Under the pieces are notes generated by a model. The model worked only from the letters and a program-made list of their open reading frames with translations. It searched no databases and had not been told where the DNA came from. From an uncultured Acidimicrobiaceae bacterium (GTDB lineage Bacteria > Actinomycetota > Acidimicrobiia > Spongiisociales > ZC4RG35), in contig CAZLEQ010000003.1 of assembly GCA_964558575.1 (NCBI GenBank), positions 24,483 through 88,482 of the forward strand: 64,000 bases of DNA. Direction: 5' to 3'. The position numbers and the translations under genes were made by a program. Shown here one piece after another: positions 26,580 through 36,252 of the stretch. The stretch's first letter is position 1. Every line of letters begins with the position of its first letter.

Positions 26580-28751
26580 TCAGTCGTGCAGCGCCCTGAT
26601 GGCGAGGTTGGCATGGCCGACCCTCCCGGCGAGGATCCGGGCGACGAAGTGATGCAGCTCCGCCGCCACCGCCGGGTCGGAGCGACACAGCCGCTCGAAG
26701 CTCTCAGGGGTGAGGTGGAGCACATCGCAGTCGGTGTCGGCCACCACGGTGGCGGTGCACGGTTCCCCCCGGTAGAGGCTGATCTCGCCGAGCACCGTCC
26801 CACCCAACAGGGTGCGCAGCCTGACACCTTCGCCGTCAGATTGGTCGAGAAGCACCGTCGCCCGCCCCGACGAGATGAGGTAGATCCCCGGACTGGGATC
26901 GCCCTGACGCATCATCAGTTCCCCCGCCGGGATGATCCGGCGCACCAGGTAGGGGGCCAGATCGCGTCCCAGGTCTTCGGGGAGCAAGGAGTCGGACCCG
27001 GATACCGAAGCCACCGGCTCGAGGAGACGGTCCTCGCACCAGGCCGTGCCGTGGTCGAGGTCGGTCTCGACGACGATCACTCCCTGGTAGCGGGAGACCA
27101 GTTCGTCGAACTGTGCCCGCTGCTCCGCGTCCATCCCGGTGAGGACCAGGGCTTGGGCACGATCTCTGACCAGGAGGGCGATCCGCTCGAAGATGGCCAC
27201 CGCCGACGAGTCGACTCCGGTTACCCGTCGGAAGTCACAGATGACGAATCGGAGGGCCGGCCACCGCTCGAGATGGTCCCGGACGTGGGTGACGATACGG
27301 CTGGCGGTGCCGAAGAAGATGTATCCCTGCAGCTCGAGGATCAACGTCGCCTCCCCCTCGTCGCGGAGGTATTGGGCTTCGGCCTCGGCCCGTTCGATGT
27401 TGCTCTGGTGCTCCCGTCCGGTCAGGGAGTGCTTGACCACGTCGATGCGGCTGTAACGGACCACGAACAGAGCGACCGCGGCGACCAAACCCACACCCAC
27501 TCCCGGAAGGAATCCGACCGCGGCGATGACGACCACGATGACCACCATCAGGAGATAGTCGGCACCTCTCATCCGTCGGCGGGACGCCCAGATCCACTCG
27601 TAGATGAACTCGGCTCCGACGAACAGCAGCAACCCTCCCACGACGAACCGGGGAACCATCTCGAGCACGAAACCACCCAGTGCCACCACCGCCAGCATCA
27701 ACATCGGAGCCAGCACCGCGGGGCCGCGCCGCATCCCCACCAGCCGCGCCGTGATCACCGTGTCGGCGAGATACAGGTAGCCGGGCGCACCTCCGAAGCC
27801 GGCAGTGGCGACGTTGGCCCACCCGGTCCCGCGCAACTCCCGGTTGATGTCGATGTCGGTGCGGGTCTCGATCTCGAGAGCGCTGATGTAGAGCAGGAGC
27901 GAGACCGGGGCGATGACCAGGATGGTGACCAGGCTCAACACCTCTCCGGCGATGAGACCCCACTCGGCCCGGGCGAGAGACCCGACGATCGTCCCCGGCC
28001 ACAGGGTTCCTTCCGGGAAGGGGCCGAGCAGCCACCCCCGATCCAGGGCACCGGCCCTGCCGACCCCACTCAGACCCGTCACCAAGTGGAAGCCGAGCAC
28101 GGCGACGACGAGGAACAGCAGATAGGCGCGGGAGGTGAATCCCTTTCGGGTGACGACGAAGAAGAGCACTGCGAGCACCAATCCCGGCCAGAAGGTCCCG
28201 ATCGTCTCGGCGCCGGACAGGTCGGACAGCGAGCCAATGCCCATGATCGACGATCCACCGGTGATGATCAGATAACCGGTGCCGGCGAGAAGACCGCCGA
28301 TCACGGGGAACGGCACGAACCGGGCGATGTCGCCGAGACCGAGATATCCCATGGCCAGGAAGACCAGCCCGGTGATCAGCGATGTCGCCACGATCATCGC
28401 CACCACCGTGTCGAATGCAGGCGCCCCGGCGAGGACCGCGGCGATCGATACCGCGCTGAGCCCGATGATCGCAGAAGGGGCATCCTGAATCCCGGCGTAC
28501 TGGCCCCGGAAGCTGCTGCTCAGGGCGATCACCAGGGCGATGATCGCCGAACCCACCAGACCGAGACCGATGCCCTTGGCCAGGAAGGCGACCAGGTCAC
28601 CCCGGAAGATCAGCGAGACGAGGGCGACCGTCAACAGCACGTTGACCATGGCCAGGATCAACCCGGTGACCACCGTGGAACCGGCAGCACCCCTGGCGAA
28701 GTCGGACTTCAGGTCGGCGAGTGCGCCGGTGCTCGAGCGGGTCTCCCTCAT
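26580..28751 (-). CDS. SulP-family anion transporter fused to STAS and cyclic-nucleotide-binding domains
   Basis: Polytopic SulP core, then a STAS segment (LILELQGYIFFGTASRI...FVICDFRRVTGVDSSA), then a cNMP-binding domain (MRQGDPSPGIYLISSGRATV...GEISLYRGEPCTATVVA). Start taken at ATG 28751. The longer listed ORF would run into the MFS gene. Confidence 0.85.
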   Translation of the reverse strand: MRETRSSTGALADLKSDFARGAAGSTVVTGLILAMVNVLLTVALVSLIFRGDLVAFLAKGIGLGLVGSAIIALVIALSSSFRGQYAGIQDAPSAIIGLSAVSIAAVLAGAPAFDTVVAMIVATSLITGLVFLAMGYLGLGDIARFVPFPVIGGLLAGTGYLIITGGSSIMGIGSLSDLSGAETIGTFWPGLVLAVLFFVVTRKGFTSRAYLLFLVVAVLGFHLVTGLSGVGRAGALDRGWLLGPFPEGTLWPGTIVGSLARAEWGLIAGEVLSLVTILVIAPVSLLLYISALEIETRTDIDINRELRGTGWANVATAGFGGAPGYLYLADTVITARLVGMRRGPAVLAPMLMLAVVALGGFVLEMVPRFVVGGLLLFVGAEFIYEWIWASRRRMRGADYLLMVVIVVVIAAVGFLPGVGVGLVAAVALFVVRYSRIDVVKHSLTGREHQSNIERAEAEAQYLRDEGEATLILELQGYIFFGTASRIVTHVRDHLERWPALRFVICDFRRVTGVDSSAVAIFERIALLVRDRAQALVLTGMDAEQRAQFDELVSRYQGVIVVETDLDHGTAWCEDRLLEPVASVSGSDSLLPEDLGRDLAPYLVRRIIPAGELMMRQGDPSPGIYLISSGRATVLLDQSDGEGVRLRTLLGGTVLGEISLYRGEPCTATVVADTDCDVLHLTPESFERLCRSDPAVAAELHHFVARILAGRVGHANLAIRALHD

Positions 28752-28783
28752 GGGATCGCGGAGTATGCCAGCGCACCAGACGC

Positions 28784-30034
28784 TCAGGGACCGGGGACCA
28801 CCGTCCTCCTTCTCAGGAACTGGCGTGGGTCGGGCAGGTGGTGGCGCATGGTGCTGGCGGGGCGCAGCAAGACGAGAGCCGAGATCCCGAGTAGCACGGC
28901 AAACCCGAATCCCATTCCGGGAAAGCCCCAGGCCTCGAGCAGGATCCCCCCGACGACGGTCCCGGTGAGATAGCCGAACTGATCGGCGCTGGCTCGGACA
29001 CTCATCGCGGCGAGCCTGCGGCCATCGGAGACCTGGAGGCCACGGGCGGCGCCGGCGAAACCTCGACCTGCCGCGAAGAAAACCGCGGCGGCGAATCCGG
29101 CAACGGCGATCGGGAGGGTGAACAAGGTTGTGGAGAACACGGTCACTGCCAAAGCGGCCGGCAGCGAGAAACCGATCATGAGCCGGGCTGTTCCCATCCC
29201 CACCAGACGCCGGCCGAGCGAATTTCCGGGTAGATAGAACACGGCGCCGGCACCGAGGATCACCCCCGCCGTGGCAACGTCGAGCCCGTAGGCCTCGATG
29301 AGTACCGACCCCGCGTAGACCAGGGCGCCGCCCCATGCGGAAAAGGCGATGAACTCCGATATCGCCCAGCTCTTCACCCCCGGCACCCTCCACAGTCCCG
29401 CCGGGTCGCACTTCTCCCCTTCGTCACTGATCGTAGGGTCACGGAGACGAAGGGCGACCAGGGCGATGAGACACCCCACCACAGGGACGAAGATCCAGGT
29501 CCATCGCCAGTCGAACCGGGCCACGAAACCGGCGATCGGCTGGCCGACGATCCAGGCCACGGGCTGGCCGATCAGGGCCCGGGACAGCACCCGGGCCCTG
29601 TCGCCATCGGCGGCCCAGGCCTCCGAGGCGGCGAACCCGCCCGCCAGGACCGCGGCCAGACCGAGACCGATGACCACGTGCGCCGCCAGCATCACCTGGA
29701 ACGACGGCGCCAGGGCACTGATCAGCGAGCCGACGCCGATGAGCGCGAGTCCGGAAGAGAGGATGACACCCAGTCGGAAACGGTTGCCCACAGTCGCCAG
29801 GTAGAGGGCGGTGATGGCGGCGGTGATCCCCGCTACCGACCTCAGCTGGGCGGCACTCGCCGTGCTCACGTCGAACTCGGCAGCAACGTCGGGAAGGATC
29901 GGCGTGAGCACCAGGATCGCCGCCTGGGTGGCGAACAGAGCCCAGAAGAGCACGGCCCCTGGGCCCAGGGAGACACGTCGAGCGGCACCGGCCGTAACCG
30001 ATCGAGACTGTGGTGAAGGGATCCCTGTTGGCAC
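28784..30034 (-). CDS. MFS transporter
   Basis: 416 aa with about 12 TM helices and the typical MFS loop pattern. GTG start. Confidence 0.8.
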   Translation of the reverse strand: MPTGIPSPQSRSVTAGAARRVSLGPGAVLFWALFATQAAILVLTPILPDVAAEFDVSTASAAQLRSVAGITAAITALYLATVGNRFRLGVILSSGLALIGVGSLISALAPSFQVMLAAHVVIGLGLAAVLAGGFAASEAWAADGDRARVLSRALIGQPVAWIVGQPIAGFVARFDWRWTWIFVPVVGCLIALVALRLRDPTISDEGEKCDPAGLWRVPGVKSWAISEFIAFSAWGGALVYAGSVLIEAYGLDVATAGVILGAGAVFYLPGNSLGRRLVGMGTARLMIGFSLPAALAVTVFSTTLFTLPIAVAGFAAAVFFAAGRGFAGAARGLQVSDGRRLAAMSVRASADQFGYLTGTVVGGILLEAWGFPGMGFGFAVLLGISALVLLRPASTMRHHLPDPRQFLRRRTVVPGP

Positions 30035-30559
30035 GGCGAGAAGCTAGTCCGCGCCACGGTGTCTGGAGGGCCTGATCCGAGGACATGTAGCCCCGATTAA
30101 CGGCTTCTGAGGCCGGCAGAGCACCGCTTGCGCGGGTCTGCAACCCTGGGTTCGGTGTTGGGACAAGCCGGGTCGGTCAGTGGCCGAAGGCCTCCTCGAG
30201 CCACCACGACGCCTGGCTGGTCACCTTGGCGTCGATCAGGAGAGGCTTGGAGCGCCTCCTTGGTGTTGCTCCGGTCGGTCACAGCCTGGACTCCTCACTC
30301 TCGCCTAGCCGGTGACGCTGCACCTTGCCGGTCTCGACCTGCCTCGGATAACTTGCCCGTGGCGCCCATCATGGCCCGTAGCCGGTGGGAGCGGTGAAAC
30401 AGACCGTAGGCCCGTGGTCCTGGACCCGTCGGCCCCGTGATCGACCGGGTCGTCAACTGTGGTCCTCTCTCGGATCGGCAAGTCACGATCACGCTAGTAA
30501 CGACGACCCGGCCGCCGCTTCCGACTCCTAGGGTGTCTGCTGAAATGGAGACTGGATCG

Positions 30560-31550
30560 ATGGAATATCGCTATCTGGGCCAGACCGGCCTGGCAGAATC
30601 CGGCTTCGGGATGGGCTGTGGCAATTTCGGAGGCATCGGAAGCGCTCCACAGTTCTTCGGTCAGGGGGAGTCGGAGGAAGAGGCCTTCGCCCTCCTCGAC
30701 TGGGCCATCGACGTGGGCATCAACTACCTCGACACCGCCAACGCATATGGCGGAGGACGTAGCGAGGAGACCATCGGCAAGTGGCTGGCCACCAAGGGCG
30801 AGTCGGTGAGAGAGAACCTCCTGATCAGCTCGAAAGTCGCCAACCCGGTTGGTGACAACGCCAACCAGCGGGGCCTGTCGCGCCGTCACATCTTCGACCA
30901 GATCGACGCCAGTCTTCGCCGCATCGGCGTGGACCAACTCGACATGTACATCGTCCATGAGCCCGACCTCACGACCCCGCTAGAAGACACCATCGACGCC
31001 CTCGATTCGTTGGTGGTGGGGGGAAAGGTCCGCTACATCGGGCCTCGAACTTCCCGGCCTGGCTGATGGCAAGTCGCTCTGGGCCAGCGCTGTGATGGGT
31101 TGCCACCGATTCGAGTGGATCCAGAACTCGTTCAACCTGATCGACCAACAGGAACAGGTGGAGATGCTCGACCTCTGCTGGGATCAGGGGCTCGGCTTCA
31201 CCAACTTCAGCCCGCTGTGTGGGGGGTTGTTGACCGGGAAGTACCGCTACGACGGCGACTACCCGGACGGGTCACGGATGACGAAGCGACCCCAGCCCTA
31301 CCTGGGGCATTGGAACCAGCAGACCCTCGCCGCCCTCGACAAGCTCGGTGAGACCGCGGCCGAGATCGGGGTCAGCATGGCCGGCCTGGCTCTGGGCTGG
31401 CTCTACCACCATCGGGACGTGACCTCCTCCATCGTCGACCCGCGTCGGCCTGCGCACCTCGACCCGGTGCGAGAGGTCATCGGCCTCGAGCTCAGCCAAT
31501 CGGTCTGGGAGCAGGTCGGTGGCCTCTTCGGCGAGGATCCGACCGAGTGA
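30560..31550 (+). pseudogene. aldo/keto reductase interrupted by two 1-nt deletions
   Basis: MEYRYLGQTGL...LDTANAYGGGRSEE...GKVRYIG reads in frame 2. ASNFPAWLMA reads only in frame 1 (31042-31071). KSLWASAVMGCHRFEWIQNSFNLIDQ... reads in frame 0. The track splits this into 30437-31066 and 31092-31550. Confidence 0.8.
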
Positions 31551-32542
31551 CCACCCTCTTCATCGGCCAGGGCGAGGTGCGCGAACTGCTGGCAATGTCC
31601 GATTGCATCGAGGTGGTCCGCGAGTCCCTCGCCGCCTTGGCCCGGGGCGAGGCGATCCAGCCGCTGCGTCCGGTGATGTGGCTGCCGGAGAACGTCGGTG
31701 CGCTGGGGATGATGCCCGGGTACCTGGGCCCGATCGAAACGATCGGGGTCAAGACCGTCACCGTCTTTCCCGGCAACGCCGACACCGAGTACGACTCCCA
31801 TCAAGGCACGGTGATGCTCTTCGACGCCGGCAACGGCCGCCTCAAGGCGGTGCTCGACGCCACCGAGATCACTGCCACCCGCACCGCGGCGGCGTCGGCG
31901 GTGGCCTCGGACCATCTCGCCCGTCCCGACTCCTCGGTCCTCGCCATCATCGGCTCCGGTGTCCAGGGAGCGGCCCACGTCCGGGCCATCCCCCTGGTCA
32001 GGGAGATCTCCGAGATCAGGGTGTGGTCGAGGAGCCCCGACCACGCCCGCCGGCTGGTCACCGAGACCGAGGGCGCGGCCAGGATCCGCGCCGTGTCCTC
32101 GGTTGCCGAAGCCGTGGCCGGCGCCGACATCGTCTGCACCACCACCGCCTCGCCCGACCCGATCGTGACAGGAGCCATGCTCGAGCCCGGCATGCACCTC
32201 AACGCCGTCGGGTCGAGCGTCCCCTTTGCCCGCGAGCTCGACTCGAAGGCGATGGCCAGATCGCGGCTCTTCGTGGACAGACGCGAATCGACACTCAACG
32301 AGTCGGGGGACTTTCTCATGGCTCGGGAAGAGGGTGCCGTCGGCGAAGACGACATCATCGCAGAGATCGGTGAGGTCATCATCGGGGCGCACCCCGGCAG
32401 AGAGTCGGACCGCGAGATCACCGCGTTCGTCTCACTAGGTCTGGCAGTGGAGGACATCGCCGCAGGGGATCTCGTCTACCGCATGGCAGTGGAGTCCGGA
32501 AGAGGTGCCAGCATGGAGTTCGGAGGCAAACGTCATGGCTGA
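31547..32542 (+). CDS. ornithine cyclodeaminase/mu-crystallin family protein
   Basis: 331 aa. LDATEITATRTAAASAVAS...AIIGSGVQGAAHVRA Rossmann motif. The GTG start overlaps the preceding stop (GTGA). Confidence 0.85.
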   Translation: MTTLFIGQGEVRELLAMSDCIEVVRESLAALARGEAIQPLRPVMWLPENVGALGMMPGYLGPIETIGVKTVTVFPGNADTEYDSHQGTVMLFDAGNGRLKAVLDATEITATRTAAASAVASDHLARPDSSVLAIIGSGVQGAAHVRAIPLVREISEIRVWSRSPDHARRLVTETEGAARIRAVSSVAEAVAGADIVCTTTASPDPIVTGAMLEPGMHLNAVGSSVPFARELDSKAMARSRLFVDRRESTLNESGDFLMAREEGAVGEDDIIAEIGEVIIGAHPGRESDREITAFVSLGLAVEDIAAGDLVYRMAVESGRGASMEFGGKRHG

Positions 32543-33488
32543 GCCGATCGCACTCGCCGAGATCGAAGACGCTCGCCGACGTCTGGAAGGGATCGCGGTC
32601 AGGACCCCTCTGGTTCGATTCAACGCCGACACCGGGCCGGCTGAGATCTACCTGAAGCTGGAGAATCTCCAACCGATCGGAGCCTTCAAGATCCGCGGGG
32701 CCGGTAATGCCATGGCCATCGCCGGCCAAGAAGCCCTGAAGGCGGGGGTGTGGACTGCGAGTGCGGGGAACATGGCCCAGGGTGTCGCCTGGAACGCCGC
32801 CAGGCTGGGAGTCTCCTCCTCGGTGGTGGTGCCCGACCACGCTCCCGACGCCAAACTCGAAGCCCTCGAGCGTCTCGGAGCCCGGGTGATCAAGGTTCCC
32901 TTCGCTGAGTGGTGGGAGATCATCGTCACCCACAGACACCAGGGCCAGGAGGGTGTCTTCGTCCATCCGGTGAGCGATCCGGCGGTGATTGCCGGGAACG
33001 GGACCATAGGTCTCGAGCTGGTGGAAGATCTTCCCGACCTCGACGCAGTTGTCGTCCCCTATGGCGGCGGAGGGCTCAGTTCGGGGATCGCCTCGGCGCT
33101 GCGTCACCTCAAACCCGAGGTGCCGGTCTACGGAGCAGAGGTGGCGACATCGGCTGCTCTCGACGCCGCCTTCTCCGCTGGAGAGCCGACCGAGATCGAG
33201 TACGTGCCCTCCTTCGTCGACGGAATCGGCTCGTCGCGGGTGCTCGACGAGATGTGGCCGTTGGTCAGCAATCTGTTGGCCGGGTCGCTGGTGGCCACCC
33301 TCGAGGAGGTCGAGTCGACGATTCGCCTGCTGGCCACCCGCAACCGCATCGTGGCGGAGGGAGCGGGCGCAGCATCGGTAGCCTGCGCCGCCCGAGGTGG
33401 TGCGGGCGAGGGCAAGGTCGTCTGCATCGTGTCGGGCGGGAACATCAACCCTTCGATCCTGGCCGACATCCTGTCCAGGAACGACTGA
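32535..33488 (+). CDS. threonine/serine dehydratase-like PLP enzyme (fold type II)
   Basis: IYLKLENLQPIGAFKIRGAGN (PLP lysine motif) and GGGGLSSG. The ATG at 32535 overlaps the OCD stop by 8 nt. Confidence 0.85.
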   Translation: MAEPIALAEIEDARRRLEGIAVRTPLVRFNADTGPAEIYLKLENLQPIGAFKIRGAGNAMAIAGQEALKAGVWTASAGNMAQGVAWNAARLGVSSSVVVPDHAPDAKLEALERLGARVIKVPFAEWWEIIVTHRHQGQEGVFVHPVSDPAVIAGNGTIGLELVEDLPDLDAVVVPYGGGGLSSGIASALRHLKPEVPVYGAEVATSAALDAAFSAGEPTEIEYVPSFVDGIGSSRVLDEMWPLVSNLLAGSLVATLEEVESTIRLLATRNRIVAEGAGAASVACAARGGAGEGKVVCIVSGGNINPSILADILSRND

Positions 33489-33565
33489 CAACTGCGGCAC
33501 GCCGTCGCGTAGGTATCCGTGGCACAATCCCTGCGGCACAGATCGTGGGAGGAGAGAGCGACTCG

Positions 33566-34282
33566 ATGGCTGGATACGTCACTCACGTAGACCACGTGGA
33601 GCCAACCGTCGGCTCTGACACCGTCTCGGCCCGGACCACCATCGACCAGTCGGTCGGCGCCGAGCGCCTCGTCCAGTCCGTGCTCACCTTCCCCCGGGGG
33701 AACTCGGCGACCCGCAGGCAGGACGATCGGGACGAAGTGGCATATGTCGTGTCCGGGACCGGCTCCCTACTCCTCGAAAGCTCGGCCCACGAGCTGAAAC
33801 CCGACATCGGTGTCTACATCCGGGCAGGGGAGAGCTATCGCGTGGTCAATGACGGGGCCGAGGACCTGGTCCTGGTCTCGGTGACCGCGCCACCACCCGA
33901 CGACGAAGCGCCGACCACGCGGAAGGTGACGGTCGATACCGCCGACCAGCCCGTAATCCCCGCGGGGGAGGATCGCCAGTTCAAGTTCGTGATCAACCCA
34001 GACGCAGGATGTCAGGAGGTGACCCAGTTCGTCGGCTGGATCCCGCCCGGCCGGGCTCCCACCCACTATCACCTCTACGACGAGGTCATGTACATCCTCG
34101 ACGGGGAAGGCGTCCTCCATCTCGACGGCCAACCGGACACGCCGATCCGGACCGGATCCTGCATCCATCTTCCCCCTCCGGTGGAGCATTGCGTCGAGAA
34201 CACCGGAGATCGGCCACTGAGAATCCTCGGAGTGTTCCACCCGGCGGGTGACGCCTCCGAGGCCTACGAGCAAAGCAACTGA
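33566..34282 (+). CDS. bicupin protein
   Basis: ATG at 33566 after GGGAGGAG. Two cupin barrels (DEVAYVVSGTGSLLL...YIRAGESYRVVN and HYHLYDEVMYILDGEGVLHL...HLPPPVEHCVEN). Confidence 0.75.
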   Translation: MAGYVTHVDHVEPTVGSDTVSARTTIDQSVGAERLVQSVLTFPRGNSATRRQDDRDEVAYVVSGTGSLLLESSAHELKPDIGVYIRAGESYRVVNDGAEDLVLVSVTAPPPDDEAPTTRKVTVDTADQPVIPAGEDRQFKFVINPDAGCQEVTQFVGWIPPGRAPTHYHLYDEVMYILDGEGVLHLDGQPDTPIRTGSCIHLPPPVEHCVENTGDRPLRILGVFHPAGDASEAYEQSN

Positions 34283-34295
34283 AGGGAAGAAGGGA

Positions 34296-35022
34296 ATGAG
34301 ACGACAACCGATATGGAAACTGGTGGCGACGCTGACCGCGCTCGCCGTGGGGGTGGCGGCTTGCGGCGACGACGTTGGCGACACCACAAACACGGCCCGG
34401 AGAGCTGGTGTGCCTCCTCGGGGGTAACGCCTCGGGCAAGTCGACCACGCTCAAGACGATCCTGGGGATAGTGGAGCCGCGCAGCGGCACCGTGGAGTTC
34501 GACGGGGAGGACGTCACCGAGAGCTCGACGAGCCGTCGCATCACCAAGGGCATGGCGATCGTCCCCGAGAACCGCCGGCTGTTCGCCCCGATGACGGTCC
34601 TCGAGAACCTCGGGATAGGGGCGTATCTGCGCGAAAACGACTATGCCGACGACCTGGAGTACGTGTGTACGAGCTCTTCCCGGTGATCAAAGAGCGCAGG
34701 CAACCGCTCGCCGGCATGCTCTCGGGCGGCGAGCAGCAGATGGTGGCGATGGGCCGGGCTTTGATGTCGCGACCGAAGCTGGCCGTTGATGGACGAGCCC
34801 TCGATGGGTCTGGCTCCCATCCTCGTGGATCGGAGCTTCGAGATCATCCAACAGGTCCACGAGACGGGGGTCTCGATTCTCGTCGTGGAGCAGAACGCCA
34901 ACATGGCCCTGTCCGTAGCCGACCACGGATACGTGCTCGCCACCGGGAGGATCGTCCTCGCCGACACGGCGGCGGCCCTATCCGAGCACGAGGACTTGAA
35001 GAAGGCATACCTTGGCCGCTGA
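34296..35022 (+). pseudogene. remnant of a branched-chain-amino-acid-type ABC uptake operon: lipoprotein signal peptide joined to a 5'-truncated, twice-frameshifted LivF-like ATPase
   Basis: MRRQPIWKLVATLTALAVGVAAC (lipobox) runs directly into [19 protein letters not shown] (Walker A). [32 protein letters not shown] then reads in a second frame, and [14 protein letters not shown]...VVEQN...LKKAYLGR in a third. Confidence 0.75.
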
Positions 35023-35100
35023 CACCGCGCTGGCGTGCCGTTCTCCTCGTCTGGCGCCACGCGGTGCCGGCGAGTCGCACGAGCCTATCGTACGCCCACG

Positions 35101-36252
35101 ATGAGCAGCGAACTCCCCCACTCGATACGTGATCGTTTCCCCCTGCTGCGACACAACGTCTACACGAACAGCTGCTCACAGGGTGCACTCTCCGTCGACG
35201 TCCGGGCGGCTTATGAGCGTTACCTGAGCGATTGGGACGAGAAGGGAGCGCCGTGGGATCTGTGGGTCGAGCTGGCCGATGCGGCACGTTCCCGGTTTGC
35301 CCGGCTCCTCAACGCCTCGAGCGAAGAAGTGGCTGTCACCACCTCGGTATCGGCTGGAGTCAGCTCGCTGCTGAGCGGCCTCCGCCCTGTCGATGGGCGA
35401 AACAAGATCGTGATGAGCGACTTCGAGTTTCCCACCATCGGTCAGAACGTCCACGCCCAGGAACTGGTGGGGATGAAGGTGGAGCACGTCCCGGCGGGGG
35501 AGGACGTGACCATCCCCCTCGATCGTCTTGCCGAGTCGATCGACGAGGAGACGGCCCTGGTGGCGATCACCCAAGTCTGTTTTCGCAACGGCTCCAAGAC
35601 GGATGTGAAAGCGGTCATCGATCTCGCCCACGAGGCCGGGGCCCTCGTGCTCCTCGACTCCTTCCAGGCGGTAGGTGCCATTCCCATAGACGTGCGGGAG
35701 TTGAACGCCGACTTCGTCGTCGGGGGGACCCTCAAATACCTGCTCGGCTCGGCCGGACTCGCCTTCCTCTACTGCCGGGCCGACCTCATTGCAACCATCA
35801 CCCCGATCCAGACAGGATGGTTCGCCGACGAGAGCATCTTCGATATGGACATCTACGACTACTCCCCGTCGCCAACGGCCACGAAGTTCGAGAACGGGAC
35901 TCCTCCGGTTCCCAGCATCTATGCCGGTATCGCCGGGATGGACCTCATGGATGAGATCGGCGTCGCCCGCACCGAGCAGCATGTGGCCGAGCTGACTGCG
36001 CAGCTGATCGAGGGCCTCGACCGGATCGGGGCACGGATGGTGACTCCACGCGATCCGGCAAGGAGAGGTCCGATGATCGCGGTCGCCGCCACCGACGAGC
36101 AGGCCCTGGTCGCCGCCTTGGCGGGAGATGGAATCCTGACCTCCCCGAGAAACGGGAACATCAGGCTCTCCTGGCACTGTTACAACTCGGCCGAAGATGT
36201 CGAAGCTGTGACGGCCGGTTTGGAACGTCACGCCGAGCTCCTCGCCCGCTAG
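35101..36252 (+). CDS. class V aminotransferase-fold PLP enzyme (cysteine desulfurase/kynureninase-like)
   Basis: 383 aa. [18 protein letters not shown]...[19 protein letters not shown] (PLP lysine context). Confidence 0.85.
   Translation: MSSELPHSIRDRFPLLRHNVYTNSCSQGALSVDVRAAYERYLSDWDEKGAPWDLWVELADAARSRFARLLNASSEEVAVTTSVSAGVSSLLSGLRPVDGRNKIVMSDFEFPTIGQNVHAQELVGMKVEHVPAGEDVTIPLDRLAESIDEETALVAITQVCFRNGSKTDVKAVIDLAHEAGALVLLDSFQAVGAIPIDVRELNADFVVGGTLKYLLGSAGLAFLYCRADLIATITPIQTGWFADESIFDMDIYDYSPSPTATKFENGTPPVPSIYAGIAGMDLMDEIGVARTEQHVAELTAQLIEGLDRIGARMVTPRDPARRGPMIAVAATDEQALVAALAGDGILTSPRNGNIRLSWHCYNSAEDVEAVTAGLERHAELLAR

Noticed and set aside
27100-27115. LexA/SOS-box-like GTTCGTCGAAC (other TCGAAC hexamers near 29875, 39065 and 51652)
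   Set aside because: They do not fit TCGAAC-N4-GTTCGA. They lie inside coding sequence or far from promoters.
26586-28973. 795-aa plus-strand ORF
   Set aside because: Antisense shadow of the SulP-STAS-cNMP gene. Extremely Arg/Asp/Gly/His-rich with no TM segments or motifs.
28752-29411. N-terminal 220 codons of the listed 943-aa ORF 26580-29411
   Set aside because: It overlaps the MFS gene in another frame and is Arg-rich nonsense. The SulP homology starts at the ATG at 28751 (MRETRSS...).
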